The notes beneath the pieces are model-generated. The model saw nothing but the letters and a program-made list of their open reading frames with translations. It did not search any database and had not been told where the DNA came from. A stretch of 64,000 bases of DNA from positions 672,001-736,000 of the forward strand of contig CAWFSF010000005.1 of NCBI GenBank assembly GCA_963818475.1, given 5' to 3'. Positions 31,165 to 41,900 of this stretch are shown piece by piece. The position numbers and the translations under genes were made by a program. Source of the stretch: Nitrospirota bacterium. GTDB taxonomy: Bacteria > Nitrospirota > UBA9217. Each line of letters begins with the position of its first letter. The first letter of the stretch is position 1.

Positions 31165-32040
31165 CTATGAGATCAGCCCGTACTCCTTCAGCGTCTTCTT
31201 GAGTTTGTCCTTGTTCGCGTCGCTCATGGGGCAGAGCGGCAGACGGAACTCTTCCGCGATCTTGCCCATGAGCGCCAGCGAGGTCTTGGCCGGGATCGGG
31301 TTCGTCTCGATGAACATGGCGCTGTGCAGCGGCTCCATCTTGTAGTGGAACTTGAGCGCCTCCTCCATCTTGCCGGCAAAGAAGGCGTCGAACATTCCGG
31401 CGCAGTCGGCAGGCGCGACGTTCGCGGTCACCGATATGGCGCCCACGCCGCCGAGGGCAAGCATGGGAAGCGTCGTAAAATCGTCGCCGGAAAGAACGTC
31501 AAAATCCCTGCCGCAGAGCCGGATGATCTCGCTGATCTGCTTCAGATCGCCGGTGGCCTCCTTGAGGCCGACGATGTTCTTCAGCTCCCGCAGCCGCGCC
31601 ACCGTCGCCGGCAGCATGTTCACGCTCGTTCTGCCCGGAACATTGTACAGGACGATCGGGATATCCACGGACTCGGCCACATGCTTGAAATGGTGATAGA
31701 GGCCTTCCTGCGTCGGCTTGTTGTAGTAGGGGGTAATGAGCAGCACGCCGTTCGCGCCCGCCTTCTGCGCATATTTCGTGAGCTCCACGGTCTCGCTCGT
31801 GCTGTTCGAGCCTGCACCGGCAATAACGGGTACGCGCTTGTTCACGGTCTTCACCGTGAACTCCACCACCCGGTGGTGCTCTTCATGCGAGAGCGTGGCG
31901 GACTCTCCGGTCGTGCCGCACGGCACGATCACATCCGTCCCGTTCTTGATCTGAAACTCGATCAGGTCGCCGAGCGCCTTTTCGTCCACCTTCCCGTTCT
32001 TGAACGGCGTGACGATCGCAACCATTGAACCTTTGAACAT
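31165..32040 (-). CDS. dapA: 4-hydroxy-tetrahydrodipicolinate synthase
   Basis: CGTTGES, PYYNKP, YNVPGRT, GLKEATG, SGDD, TNPIP. Confidence 0.97.
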   Translation of the reverse strand: MFKGSMVAIVTPFKNGKVDEKALGDLIEFQIKNGTDVIVPCGTTGESATLSHEEHHRVVEFTVKTVNKRVPVIAGAGSNSTSETVELTKYAQKAGANGVLLITPYYNKPTQEGLYHHFKHVAESVDIPIVLYNVPGRTSVNMLPATVARLRELKNIVGLKEATGDLKQISEIIRLCGRDFDVLSGDDFTTLPMLALGGVGAISVTANVAPADCAGMFDAFFAGKMEEALKFHYKMEPLHSAMFIETNPIPAKTSLALMGKIAEEFRLPLCPMSDANKDKLKKTLKEYGLIS

Positions 32041-32060
32041 ACCAGCCTCCTTTGGAAATC

Positions 32061-32167
32061 AAATTCCAAAACTCAAATCTCAAGCACCGAATAAATTCCA
32101 ATGACCAACGTTGGAACTTGATGCTTGATTATTGGTGCTTATTTGTCGTGCTTGGTTATTGGAATTT
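32061..32167. repeat. degenerate 7-bp periodic inverted-repeat element
   Basis: AAATTCC-AAAACTC-AAATCTC-AAGCACC ... TTGGAAC-TTGATGC-TTGATTA-TTGGTGC ... TTGGTTA-TTGGAAT. Confidence 0.75.
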
Positions 32168-32983
32168 TAAACGAACAGATGTCCCCTCGCAGATCACTTC
32201 TGCGTCGCCTTCGAGGTAAATAGCGCCGAATCCTTCAGCATCGCCCTCGAACGTGAACGGTCAGCTTTTCTCCGCTGCGCGTCGTGACCTGGACCGGCGA
32301 TGCGACCATCCGGAGGGAGCCGGCAACGAGCGCCGCAGCCACCGAGCCGGTGCCGCAGGCCAGGGTCTCGCCCTCGACGCCGCGTTCGTAGGTCCTGATG
32401 CCGAGCTTGTGCTTCCCCAGCACCTGGATGAAGTTCACATTCGTGCCTGCGGGCTTGAACAGGTCATGATAGCGCGTGCGCCTGCCGACGCCGTCAACAT
32501 CTTCCGTGGCGAGATCGCTTGACAGATAGACGACATGGGGCACACCGGTATTGATAAAGTGGCCCGTGCGCGCGCCGCCCTCGAAGGGAACCGAAATGTT
32601 CATGGCGCAAACCGCTCGCTCCGCGTCAGCTGCACTTTTACGGTCCCTGTCTTGACCTCGGCCCGGATGATGCCCGCACGGGTCTCGAAGGCCATGGTCT
32701 TTTTCGCGATCTTTCTGAGGAACGCGAACCGTGCGGCGCAGCGCGATCCGTTCCCGCACATCTCGGCCTCGCTTCCGTCGGCGTTGAAGAAGCGCCATTT
32801 GAAGTCCGCCTTGCGGGACGGCACGATCACGATCAGCCCGTCGGCGCCCACGGAATAGTGGCGATCGCACACGGTCTGCGCAAGACCCTTCAGGTTCTTC
32901 CCCTTCAGGATCCCCTTCCGGTTGTCGATCAGGATGAAGTCGTTGCCGCTCCCCTGCATTTTATAAAAAGGTATCTTCTTCAT
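32167..32983 (-). CDS. dapF: diaminopimelate epimerase (indels)
   Basis: KMQGSGNDF, GADG, NADGSEAEMCGNG, GVPH, ERGVEGETLACGTG. Confidence 0.95.
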
Positions 32984-33015
32984 GCTTGCTTTCCTGGTCC
33001 GCTGTTCCGTTGCTC

Positions 33016-33047
33016 ATTCCGCAATCCGAAATCCGCATTCCGCAATT
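33016..33047. repeat. 7-bp tandem repeat (single arm), same family as 28461..28554
   Basis: ATTCCGC-AATCCGA-AATCCGC-ATTCCGC-AATT abutting the lysA stop. Confidence 0.75.
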
Positions 33048-34317
33048 CTAGTCCAGCCACCGCGGGATCTTCTCGCCCCGGATCAGGTCGCTGTAGGTCT
33101 CTCGCTCGCGCACGACGAAATACTCGCTTCCTCTGCACGATCACCTCGGCCAGCGCGGGGCCGGGAATTGTAGTTCGACGACATGGAGAAGCCGTATGCC
33201 CCCGCTCCCATGACCGCGAGGTCAGCTCGCCCGGCTGTACCTCGGGCAGGCTCCGGTCCTTGGCCAGGAAATCTCCGGACTCGCAGATCGGGCCCGACCA
33301 CGTCGATAGGTCTCCTGCGTTCGGCGACGCCGGCTCCACCAGCGGGCCTGATATCATGGTAGGCGTCATACAGGCTCGGCCGGATAAGGTCGTTCATGCC
33401 TGCGTCCACGATCAGGAATTTCTTTTCGCCGCTGTCCTTGCGATACAAAGCGCGGCGTCACCAGAATGCCGGCGTTGCCCACCAGCGCCCTGCCCGGCTC
33501 CAGGACAACGGTGCAGCCGCTTCCTTCAGCATCGGCTTGATGGCCGCGGCCACCTCTTTCGGCAGCGGAGGGGTCTCGTCCTTGTAGGTGATGCCGATCC
33601 CGCCGCCGATGTTGATGTACGTGATGTCCATACCCGCAGCCCGCAGCTCCTTGACGAACCCGACCAGCTTTTCCAGCGCGTCGACGAAAGGCTGGACCTC
33701 GGTGATCTGGGAACCGATGTGCTGATGCATCCCGACCACTTCGATGTTCGAAAGCCCCCGGGCAAGTCTGGTAGTACTCCAGCGCCTCTTCGATGGGGAT
33801 GCCGAACTTGTTCTCCTTGAGCCCCGTCGAGATGTAGGCATGCGTCTTGGGGTCGATGTTGGGATTCACCCGCAGCGCGATCCGGGCCTTTGCATGCATC
33901 TCGTTCGCTGCGCGGTCAATGGCGATCAGTTCCTCGCCCGACTCCACGTTGAACATGAGAATGCCGACCTTGAGCGCATATTCGATCTCGTCGCGCCGCT
34001 TGCCCACGCCGGCGTACACGATCTTCTTCGGATCGATGCCTGCCCGCAGCGCGCGGAACAGTTCGCCGCCCGAAACGATGTCCGCCCCGGCCCCTTCCTT
34101 GCCGAGCACCCGGAGCACGGCGCCGTTGGAGTTGGACTTGAGCGCAAAGCAGATGACGTTCGGAACATCCGGCAAATGCCTGGTCAAAGGCGCGATAGTG
34201 GCTCGCAAGCGTATTGCTGCTGTACAGGTAGAACGGCGTGCCTACCCGCTGGGCGATCGGTCCTGACCGGTACGCCCTCGCAGTACAGTTCCCCGTTCTT
34301 ATTTGAAAATCATGCAT
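33048..34317 (-). CDS. lysA: diaminopimelate decarboxylase (indels)
   Basis: [60 protein letters not shown]. Confidence 0.95.
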
Positions 34318-34361
34318 GACAATGTCCTTCCGGCTGAACAGGGTCATCAAGTCCCTGGAGC

Positions 34362-35476
34362 TCATAGCTGTTGTCCGTTCCTTTTCAAGGTAGACCTCAT
34401 CGAAGCTTTTCCGCGTACGCCGACTGTTCCTTGGAAAGCTGGCTTTCGTTCCCGGACTGGTCCACCGCGGTCACGACATAGTAATACTGGACTGCCCGGG
34501 TTCACCGTCTCATCGGAATAGGTTGTCCGGGCAAGCGGTTTGTCGTCAGCCGCTCGTAGTCCCTGTCCGCTCTTCGGGACCGGTAGACATAGTAGCCGGC
34601 CAGATCGCGCTCCTTGTTCTCGTTCCAGGTGAGGAACATCCTGCCGCACTCCCGGCACGACCGTCAGGCCTGTGGGCCGGTCGGGCGGCGTGAGGTCGCG
34701 GGGCATGGCCGCGACCTCGGCGGAGTCAAGGCTTTCTTTCCAGGGCAGTGCCGGGCTGTCCACAGCCCGTACGATATAGAAGTAGCGTCACTGTCGTTCA
34801 GCACGGCGTATCCCGGTACGCGTTGTTCCTGAGCGGCTCCTTGTTGAGCGGCGCTTCTGCCGTACGCTCCGCTCTCGTCGCCCCGATACACATTGTATCC
34901 GACAAATCCGGTGAAAACACTGCCGTCGGACCGCGTGGTGACCGGCTCCCAGGTAAGCGTCACGCTCTGCTCTCCGCCAACTGCCTGTAAGGCCCTGGGC
35001 GCGGCCAGCGACAGCAGCGGAACGATCCTCACCTCTTCGGAGAGGCTGGCTCTTGCCGCCCCGGGACCTGAGGGCCCGATCCGGTACCCGTACACCTGGC
35101 CGTACCTCAAATTGGAGTCGCTCCAGAAGACCCTTCCGTTCCTGACCTGAGCGGGTGCCCGGGATCTGCCAATCGCGATCTCGGCGATCTGCCGATAGCG
35201 GGCCTTTTTTCTGTCCTGCTCGAGTCTCGGCGCGAAAGACCTGGAACCCGGAGATCTCCGCCGGATTCATGTTCTTGCCCTCGACATTTCTTGAGGGACC
35301 GGCCAGGACAGGAAGGCGACACCGTCGCGGGCCACGGCCTTGCAGGTCCTGCACCGCTTCGGGCCGGGGGCTTTCGGGCACGAGCGGATCGGTTTTCCTG
35401 CCGCAGGACGCGACGAGCGCCAGCACAAGCACCAGGCACGACCGGCCAGCAGCGCACTCCGGGTCCGCACCATCAT
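34362..35476 (-). CDS. lipoprotein with fibronectin type III-like domains (many indels, ends approximate)
   Basis: Lipobox LVASCGRKTDP; VTLTW..GYNVYR, DLTPPDRPTGL FN3-like motifs. Confidence 0.65.
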
Positions 35477-36907
35477 CGCTCTTTTTGAGCGCTGCGAGCC
35501 GCTTCTTCAGGTTCGCGGCGCAGTGCCTCCCGTAGAGACGTCCTTCTGCCCACCGATGCCTCGACCGACAGCGCCGTCGTACACGTCCTCGCCGATCAGC
35601 GGAGACAATTGCTGGTATTCGTCAAGGGGCATGGTCCGCCAGGCCCGCACCGCAGCTCCAGGCCGCGCAGGACCGCCCGTGCCCACGACCTCGTGGGCCT
35701 TCCGGAAGGGCATGCCCTTTCTGCACCAGATAATCGGCAAGGTCCGTGGCGGTAATGAAGCCGTCCTCGGCAGCCTGCCGCATCGCTTCTGCGTGAACGG
35801 TGACGCTCTTCAGCATCTCGGTAAATACGGAAAGCGCCAGCGCGTGACCGTATCGGCAGCATCGAAGAGCGGCTCCTTGTCCTCCTGCATATCGCGGTTG
35901 TAGGCCAGGGGCAGGCCCTTCATGATCGTCAGCAGCGCGGTCAGGTTGCCGTAGACCCGGCCGGTCTTGCCGCGCGTCAGCTCCGCGACATCGGGGTTCT
36001 TCTTCTGCGGCATGATCGACGAGCCGGTCGTGAAAGCGTCGGAGATCGTGATGAAGCCGAACTCCGCGGTCGACCAGAGCACGAGCTCCTCGGACAACCG
36101 CGAGAGGTGCATCATGATCTGGGCGCAGGCTGCGACGAACTCGATCGCAAAATCGCGGTCCGAGACCGCGTCCATGCTGTTCTCGCTGACTGCCGCAAAA
36201 CGCAAGCTGCCTGGCCACGAAGTGCCGGTCGATGGGCAGCACGGTGCCGGCAAGGGCCCCGGCGCCCAGCGGCATGACGTTCACCCGGCGGAAGCAGTCC
36301 TCAAGCCGCCCGCGGTCGCGCTGGAACATCTCATAATAGGCAAGCAGGTGATGGCCGAACAGGACGGGCTGCGCCCGCTGCAGGTGGGTATACCCGGGCA
36401 GCACCACGTTCACGGTGCGGTCGGCAAGGCCGACGAGCACCTTCTGCAGCGCGGCCAGCAGTTCGTGGATCTCGGCGATCTCGTCGCGCAGGTACATCCG
36501 GATGTCCAGCGCGACCTGGTCGTTCCTGCTCCGCGCCGTGTGCAGCTTGCCGCCCACGGCGCCGATCTTCTCGATCAGGCGGCTCTCGATGTTCATGTGG
36601 ATGTCTTCGAGGGCCGTGCTGAACTCGAACGTGCCCGCTACGATCTCGTGCAAGGATGCCTTCGCAGCCCGCGGATGATCTGGTCCGCCTCTTTCCTGGT
36701 GATGATCGCTGGTCTGCGCCAGCATGGTCGCATGGGCGATGCTGCCGGCAATATCATAGGGATAGAGCCGCCAGTCGTAGGGGATCGAGGCCGTGAACTC
36801 CTCCACCAGCTCGTTCGTCGCCTCGGTGAACCGGCCGCCCAGGGCTTGGCACTTTGCCGGCTTGTTCGCCTGCTGGCTTCTTTCTGGCTGTCTTTTTTTG
36901 TTGCCAT
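35470..36907 (-). CDS. argH: argininosuccinate lyase (indels)
   Basis: [56 protein letters not shown]. Confidence 0.95.
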
Positions 36908-36923
36908 ATTGTTTCAAAAATCT

Positions 36924-37008
36924 CAGATAACAGGACTGATTCCATGCAAGCTGCAGACCCCTGACGATTTTGTCATACTTTTCAGTGCCCAGTGCATCCT
37001 GTTATCTG
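36924..37008. repeat. inverted repeat with 7-bp periodic right arm at the argG/argH junction
   Basis: CAGATAACAGGA ... TCCTGTTATCTG (12-bp perfect inverted repeat). Confidence 0.55.
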
Positions 37009-38211
37009 GTATTTGCCTTCCTGCCCGATCCTGAGCCGCAGCGCGTTCAGCCGGATGAAGCCTTCGGCGTCCTTCTGATTATAGACCCGGTCGGCCTCGA
37101 AGGTCGCGAGCTCGGGGTTATAGAGCGAGACGGGCGACCTGCCTGCCCACCGTATCGCAATTGCCCTTGTACAGCTTGAGCCGCGCCGTTCCGGTCACGT
37201 TCTTCTGGGATTCGTCGATGGCGGCCTGGAGCATCAGCCGCTCCGGCGCGAACCAGTACCCGTAATAGACGAGCTCGGCATAGCGCGGGACAAGGCTGTC
37301 GCGGAGGTGCATGGCCTCGCGGTCCATGGTGATGGACTCCACGGCCCGGTGCGCGGCATGCAGGAGCGTGCCGCCCGGCGTCTCGTACACGCCCGCGGGA
37401 CTTCATGCCCACGTAGCGGTTCTCGACGAGGTCGACACGGCCCACGCCGTGCGCGCCGGCGATGCGGTTCGCCTCGGCCAGGAGCGCTGCCGGCGAATAG
37501 CTCTTTCCGTTGATGGCAACGGGGTTGCCCGCCTGGTACTCCACCTCGACATACTCGGCCTTGTCCGGCGCCTTTTCCACGGGCACGGCCATGGTATACA
37601 TGTCCTCGGTCGACTCTTTCCAGGGGTCTTCGAGCATGCCGCCTTCATAGCTGATATGCAGCAGGTTCCGGTCCGTGGAATAGGGTTTGGACTTGGTCGC
37701 GGTCACCGGGATCTTGTGCTTCTCGGCATAGGCGATCAGCTCTTCGCGGCCCTTCATGGTCCATTCGCGCCAGGGCGCGACGATCTTCACGTCGGGCTTG
37801 AGCGCAAAATAGGTGAGCTCGAACCGGACCTGGTCGTTGCCCTTGCCGGTCGCGCCGTGGCAGACCGCATCGGCGCCTTCTTTGACGGCGATCTCGATCT
37901 GGCGCTTCGCGATCAGCGGACGGGCGATCGAGGTGCCGAGCAGATAGCGGCCTTCGTAGACCGCATTCGCCCGCAGCATGGGGAACACGAAATCGCTGCA
38001 CGAACTCCTCGCGCAGGTCGTCGATATAGATCTTGCTCGCGCCGGTCCTGATGGCCTTGTCGCGCAGCGGTTCAAGCTCCTCGCCCTGGCCGATGTCCGC
38101 CGTGAAGGCGATCACCTCGCAGCCGTAGGTCTCCTTGAGCCAGGTGATGATGACCGACGTGTCGAGCCCGCCGGAATAGGCAACGACGATCTTCTTAATG
38201 TTCTGTTTCAA
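36982..38211 (-). CDS. argG: argininosuccinate synthase (indels; 3' end approximate)
   Basis: [48 protein letters not shown]. Confidence 0.95.
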
Positions 38212-38234
38212 CTGATGACCCCTAAAAAAAGAGG

Positions 38235-38287
38235 ACGCAGATGAAGCAGAGACCGCACATCGAGAGTCCTGCGATCTGCATCTGCGT
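38235..38287. repeat. degenerate periodic inverted-repeat element (GCAGAT type)
   Basis: ACGCAGATG ... CATCTGCGT with extra GCAGA/TCTGC units. Confidence 0.5.
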
Positions 38288-38304
38288 GATCCTGTCACGT
38301 GAAA

Positions 38305-38796
38305 CTATTTACCTTCTACGATTTTCACCTTCATCTCAATACGCTCGTTCGGCTTGTCGTTCCTGTCGCGCGGCTGCGGCAACGATCTTGTCGCCGACCT
38401 CGATGCCGCTCTCGACCTCGCCGAAGACCGTGTACTGACGGTCGAGGAACGACGAATCCTTGACGCAGATGAAGAACTGGGAACCGGCGCTGTCCGGACT
38501 GGCCGCACCGCGCCATGGAGAGGGTGCCCCGCTTGTGCGGCTTCTCATTGAACTCGGCCTTGATGGTGTAGCCCGGTCCGCCCGTGCCGATGCCGCTCTT
38601 GTTCGCGTCCTTCGAGTTCGGATCGCCGCCCTGGATCATGAAGCCCGGGATCACGCGGTGGAACGTGGTGCTGTCATAAAATCCCTTGTTGGCCAGATCG
38701 ACGAAGTTCTTCACATGCCCGGGCGCAACGTCCGGGAAAGAACTTGATGGTAATGTTGCCGAATTTGGTTTCCAGGACTGCTTTTGTATCTGCCAT
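38305..38796 (-). CDS. cyclophilin-type peptidyl-prolyl isomerase, cytoplasmic (indels)
   Basis: [36 protein letters not shown]; no signal peptide. Confidence 0.92.
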
Positions 38797-38811
38797 GATT
38801 ACTGTCTCCTC

Positions 38812-38872
38812 ACTGTTTCCTGTGCTCTGCACCTTGTTCTCTGAAACCCTGTACCCTGACTCCTGGACCCTG
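38812..38872. repeat. 7-bp tandem repeat (single arm), same family as 12975..13089
   Basis: CTGTTTC-CTGTGCT-CTGCACC-TTGTTCT-CTGAAAC-CCTGTAC-CCTGACT-CCTGGAC-CCTG. Confidence 0.7.
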
Positions 38873-39475
38873 CTATTTTCCTTCCACGATCTTCACTTTC
38901 ATCTCGATGCGCTCGTTCGGATTGTCGTTCGCGTCGCGCGGCTGCGAGACGATCTTGTCCACCACTTCCATGCCGCTCACCACCTCGCCGAACACGGTAT
39001 ATTGTATTGTTCAGGAACGGTGCGTCCGCAACACAGATAAAGAACTGCGAGCCGGCGCTGTTGGGATCGTTCGACCGGGCCATGGAAAGCGTGCCCCGCT
39101 ATGTGCGGCCGGTCGCTGAACTCGGCAGGAATGGTATATCCCGGCCCGCTCGTACCGTAGGCCCGGCGCTTGGCAGGGTCCTTGGAGATGGGATCGCCGC
39201 CCTGGATCATGAAGCCCGGGATCACGCGGTGGAACACGGTGTTATTATAGACGCCCTTTTTGGCAAGGTCGAGGAAGTTCTTTACATGCCCGGGAGCTAT
39301 GTCAGGAAAGAACTTCAGGGTGATGCTTCCCGAACTTGGTCTCGAGCACCGCCGTGGTCGTCGACATTTTCTTGATCTCCTGCGGCGTAGGGGCCTTCGG
39401 CGCCTGCTGGGCAAACCCCGGCGCCACACTGAGCACGGCAACAGCAACGATGAATGCTATAAGGATGTTTTTCAT
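38873..39475 (-). CDS. cyclophilin-type peptidyl-prolyl isomerase, exported (indels)
   Basis: Signal peptide [22 protein letters not shown]; [22 protein letters not shown]. Confidence 0.92.
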
Positions 39476-39540
39476 GTTATTTAGCCTCCCTAAAAGTATG
39501 GTAATCGTCTGATTGTACGGCAAAATACGCGCGAGATACA

Positions 39541-39569
39541 GTTTTACCAGAATCCCTGAAGGTTGTCAA
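39541..39569 (-). promoter_or_regulatory. sigma70-like promoter at the head of the ppi-arg-lys-dap run
   Basis: TTGACA-N17-TAAAAC with extended TG. Confidence 0.55.
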
Positions 39570-39677
39570 ACAAAACGTGGCCTGCCAGAGCGCGGCCTCT
39601 GCAGCAATCAAAGACAATCCTTGGACAGTGATCGGACCCGATAAAAGCCGTGAAAAGACAAAATCCGCATTCATCCA

Positions 39678-39708
39678 TTGACTGAAAGCAGGAGCAAGCT
39701 GATATACT
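39678..39708 (+). promoter_or_regulatory. promoter with extended -10 for the PilZ gene
   Basis: TTGACT ... TG-A-TATACT (spacer longer than usual). Confidence 0.45.
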
Positions 39709-39739
39709 TAAATCCTGTTCGGGAAAAAGAGGGCATGCC

Positions 39740-40140
39740 ATGACCGGTCAGCAGGAAGAACGGCGGGGCTTTGTGAGGGTACCCTTCAATACGGAGGTGG
39801 TGGTCTCCGCTGGCGACTGGTCGCTCCGGGCCGGAAGCGGCATCGATATCAGCATGAGCGGCCTCCATCTCATGGGGCTGGTGGACCCGACGGACACCAG
39901 GAAGCCGCTGCCCGGAACCTCCTGCAGGGCCGGCATCCATCTGCAGGCAGCAGGGCACCGGGCGCTGATCGAAGCTGACGGAAGGATCATCCGGACAGGT
40001 CCCGGAGAACTGGCCGTGGAATTCATCGAGATAGAGCTCGACGGCTATCAGCATCTGCGCCAGCTCATCCTGAACAACACCGACGATCCTGACGGGGCAG
40101 AGAGGCAGTTCGACGAACACCGGGGCATCAGGCGTCCTAA
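39740..40140 (+). CDS. PilZ-domain protein (true stop probably ~40140)
   Basis: RRGFVR (RxxxR) and DISMSG (DxSxxG) motifs; ends ...HLRQLILNN..EHRGIRR. Confidence 0.8.
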
Positions 40141-40208
40141 TAATAACAATACCGGCAGGGCAGTAGTAACCACAACGCGGCGAAATACAACGACGAAAGG
40201 AGATACAC

Positions 40209-40634
40209 ATGGTGCAAAAAGCAAGCAGCAAACTGACGGACTTGATGAACAAGGCGATCGCCCGGGAGATCCAGGTCACGGTCCAGTATATGTGGCAGCA
40301 CGTTATGGCCAAGGGCCTGAACTCGGCCGAGATCTCCGATGTCTTCGAGGAGGTCGCTATTTCTGAAATGAAGCACGCGGAAAAGATCGCGGAGCGGATC
40401 TTCTATTTCGACGTCGTCCCCACTACCAAGCCGGACCCCATCAAGGTCGGCGGAAGCATCACGGAGATGCTCGAAGCCGACGCCAAGGCGGAAGAAGAGG
40501 CGATCGAGCTCTACAAGGAGATCATCAAGCTGGCGCAGTCCGAAGGCGACAGCACGACACGGCTGCTCTTCGAGCAGATCCTGGCGGACGAGGAAGACCA
40601 TCACGACAAGTTCACCACACTGCTGGGGCGGTAG
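40209..40634 (+). CDS. short ferritin-like protein (bacterioferritin-related, lacking the E helix)
   Basis: E..QY, EMKH, E..AI..Y, DEEDH ferroxidase motifs; 141 aa; RBS AAGGAG. Confidence 0.85.
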   Translation: MVQKASSKLTDLMNKAIAREIQVTVQYMWQHVMAKGLNSAEISDVFEEVAISEMKHAEKIAERIFYFDVVPTTKPDPIKVGGSITEMLEADAKAEEEAIELYKEIIKLAQSEGDSTTRLLFEQILADEEDHHDKFTTLLGR

Positions 40635-40667
40635 CATTCATTCTTCCCCCTCTGTCCATCCTTAAAC

Positions 40668-40697
40668 GAAAAGGACCGGACTGTCCCGGTCCTTTTC
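40668..40697 (+). terminator. intrinsic terminator
   Basis: GAAAAGGACCGG-ACTGTC-CCGGTCCTTTTC. Confidence 0.75.
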
Positions 40698-40727
40698 TCT
40701 TGCAGCATCGTTGCTTGAGCCGGCATC

Positions 40728-41868
40728 GTGATGCCCGAGCTGCCTGAAATTCCGGAGGATTTCCTGAAACGTTCCCGCTCACATTCCTCCCCGCGTTCGT
40801 TCATCCTGGCCATCGGGATAGTCCTGGCCTTGTCATGCGCTTCTTCGCTCCCGGCATCTGCCGAAGCGCCCAGAATTGCGGGGGGGGCAATACCGCTTCC
40901 CCTGAGCGGGGCACCCTCGCTTTTCACGACAGCGACCTCGACGGGGGAGGAGGAAAAACCAGCCGAGGAGCCGTTCGAACCGGAGGTGATCCGTGAGGGG
41001 CCTCCGGAACCGACAATCCTGGATACCATGCAGGCCGGCATAACGAAAAATATCCTCCACTCAGCCACGTGGGTTGATTCTTTTTTCTACGATCCGCGCT
41101 ACGCCGCAGAAGAGAACAAAACCCGCGCAGCCGTCCGATACGAAGGTTTTATCGAAAATCATGCCCACTGGACCTTCGATACCAAAGTGAAGGTCGCCCT
41201 GGTCCTGCCCTACCTAAAGAACAAGGCGAACCTTATCCTCGCCGGAGACCCCGATGAAGCCTACCCGAGCCAGCCGGGGCAAGGCAGGCTCACCGAGACC
41301 ACAAACCGGAACACCTTCGCTGCTCTCGCCTATCAGGTCAGATCAGATGAACGACGCAACATCAGCGCCAAGATCGGGATCCGCTACCGCAACGGGCAGA
41401 TCGTCTCGTTCCTCCGCCCTCATTACCGGCTGCTCTATCACCTGGACGGCTGGGACCTGCGGTTCACCCAGGAATTCCCCTACTGGACCGATACGAAGTG
41501 GTCGTCGTCGACCACGGTCGACTTAGAACGACCGCTGCGTGATGCGTTCTTTTTCCGCGCTTCCCTGAACGGCAGCTGGTTCGAACAGCAGCCCGGGTAC
41601 TATTACGGACTGGCCTTCTCACTGTCCCAGCCCCTCAGCGCAACCAGCGCATTGAGTTACAATCTGGGGGCCAGCTTCCAGACAGGCGCCCACGATGTGC
41701 TGCAGGAGAGTCGTGGCTGCCACCCGCTATCGCCAGCGCTTCTGGCGTGACTGGATGTACTTCGACATTACGCCGCAGGTGCGGTTCCCGCGTGACCGGC
41801 GGTTCAATCCGGTGCCGGGGATCCTGTTCGGGCTTGAGGTTCTGTTCGGGCAGGTGGGGGGGAAATAG
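40728..41868 (+). CDS. hypothetical exported/outer-membrane protein (one indel ~41710)
   Basis: Signal-like segment, WVDSFF motif, alternating beta strands; after the shift RYRQRFWRDWMYFDITPQ...LEVLFG. Confidence 0.65.
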
Positions 41869-41900
41869 AAAACGGGAGCAACGCCTGAAGGAGTTATTCC

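Noticed and set aside
22977-39475. Mass pseudogenisation or programmed frameshifting of arg/lys/dap/pan genes
   Set aside because: Shifts are scattered, hit essential genes, lack slippery-site consensus, and the proteins are otherwise well conserved; this is typical of long-read error.
39740-40366. PilZ ORF overlapping the ferritin-like gene by ~160 bp
   Set aside because: The tail is low-complexity read-through; a TAA at ~40138-40140 one base out of frame is the likely true stop.
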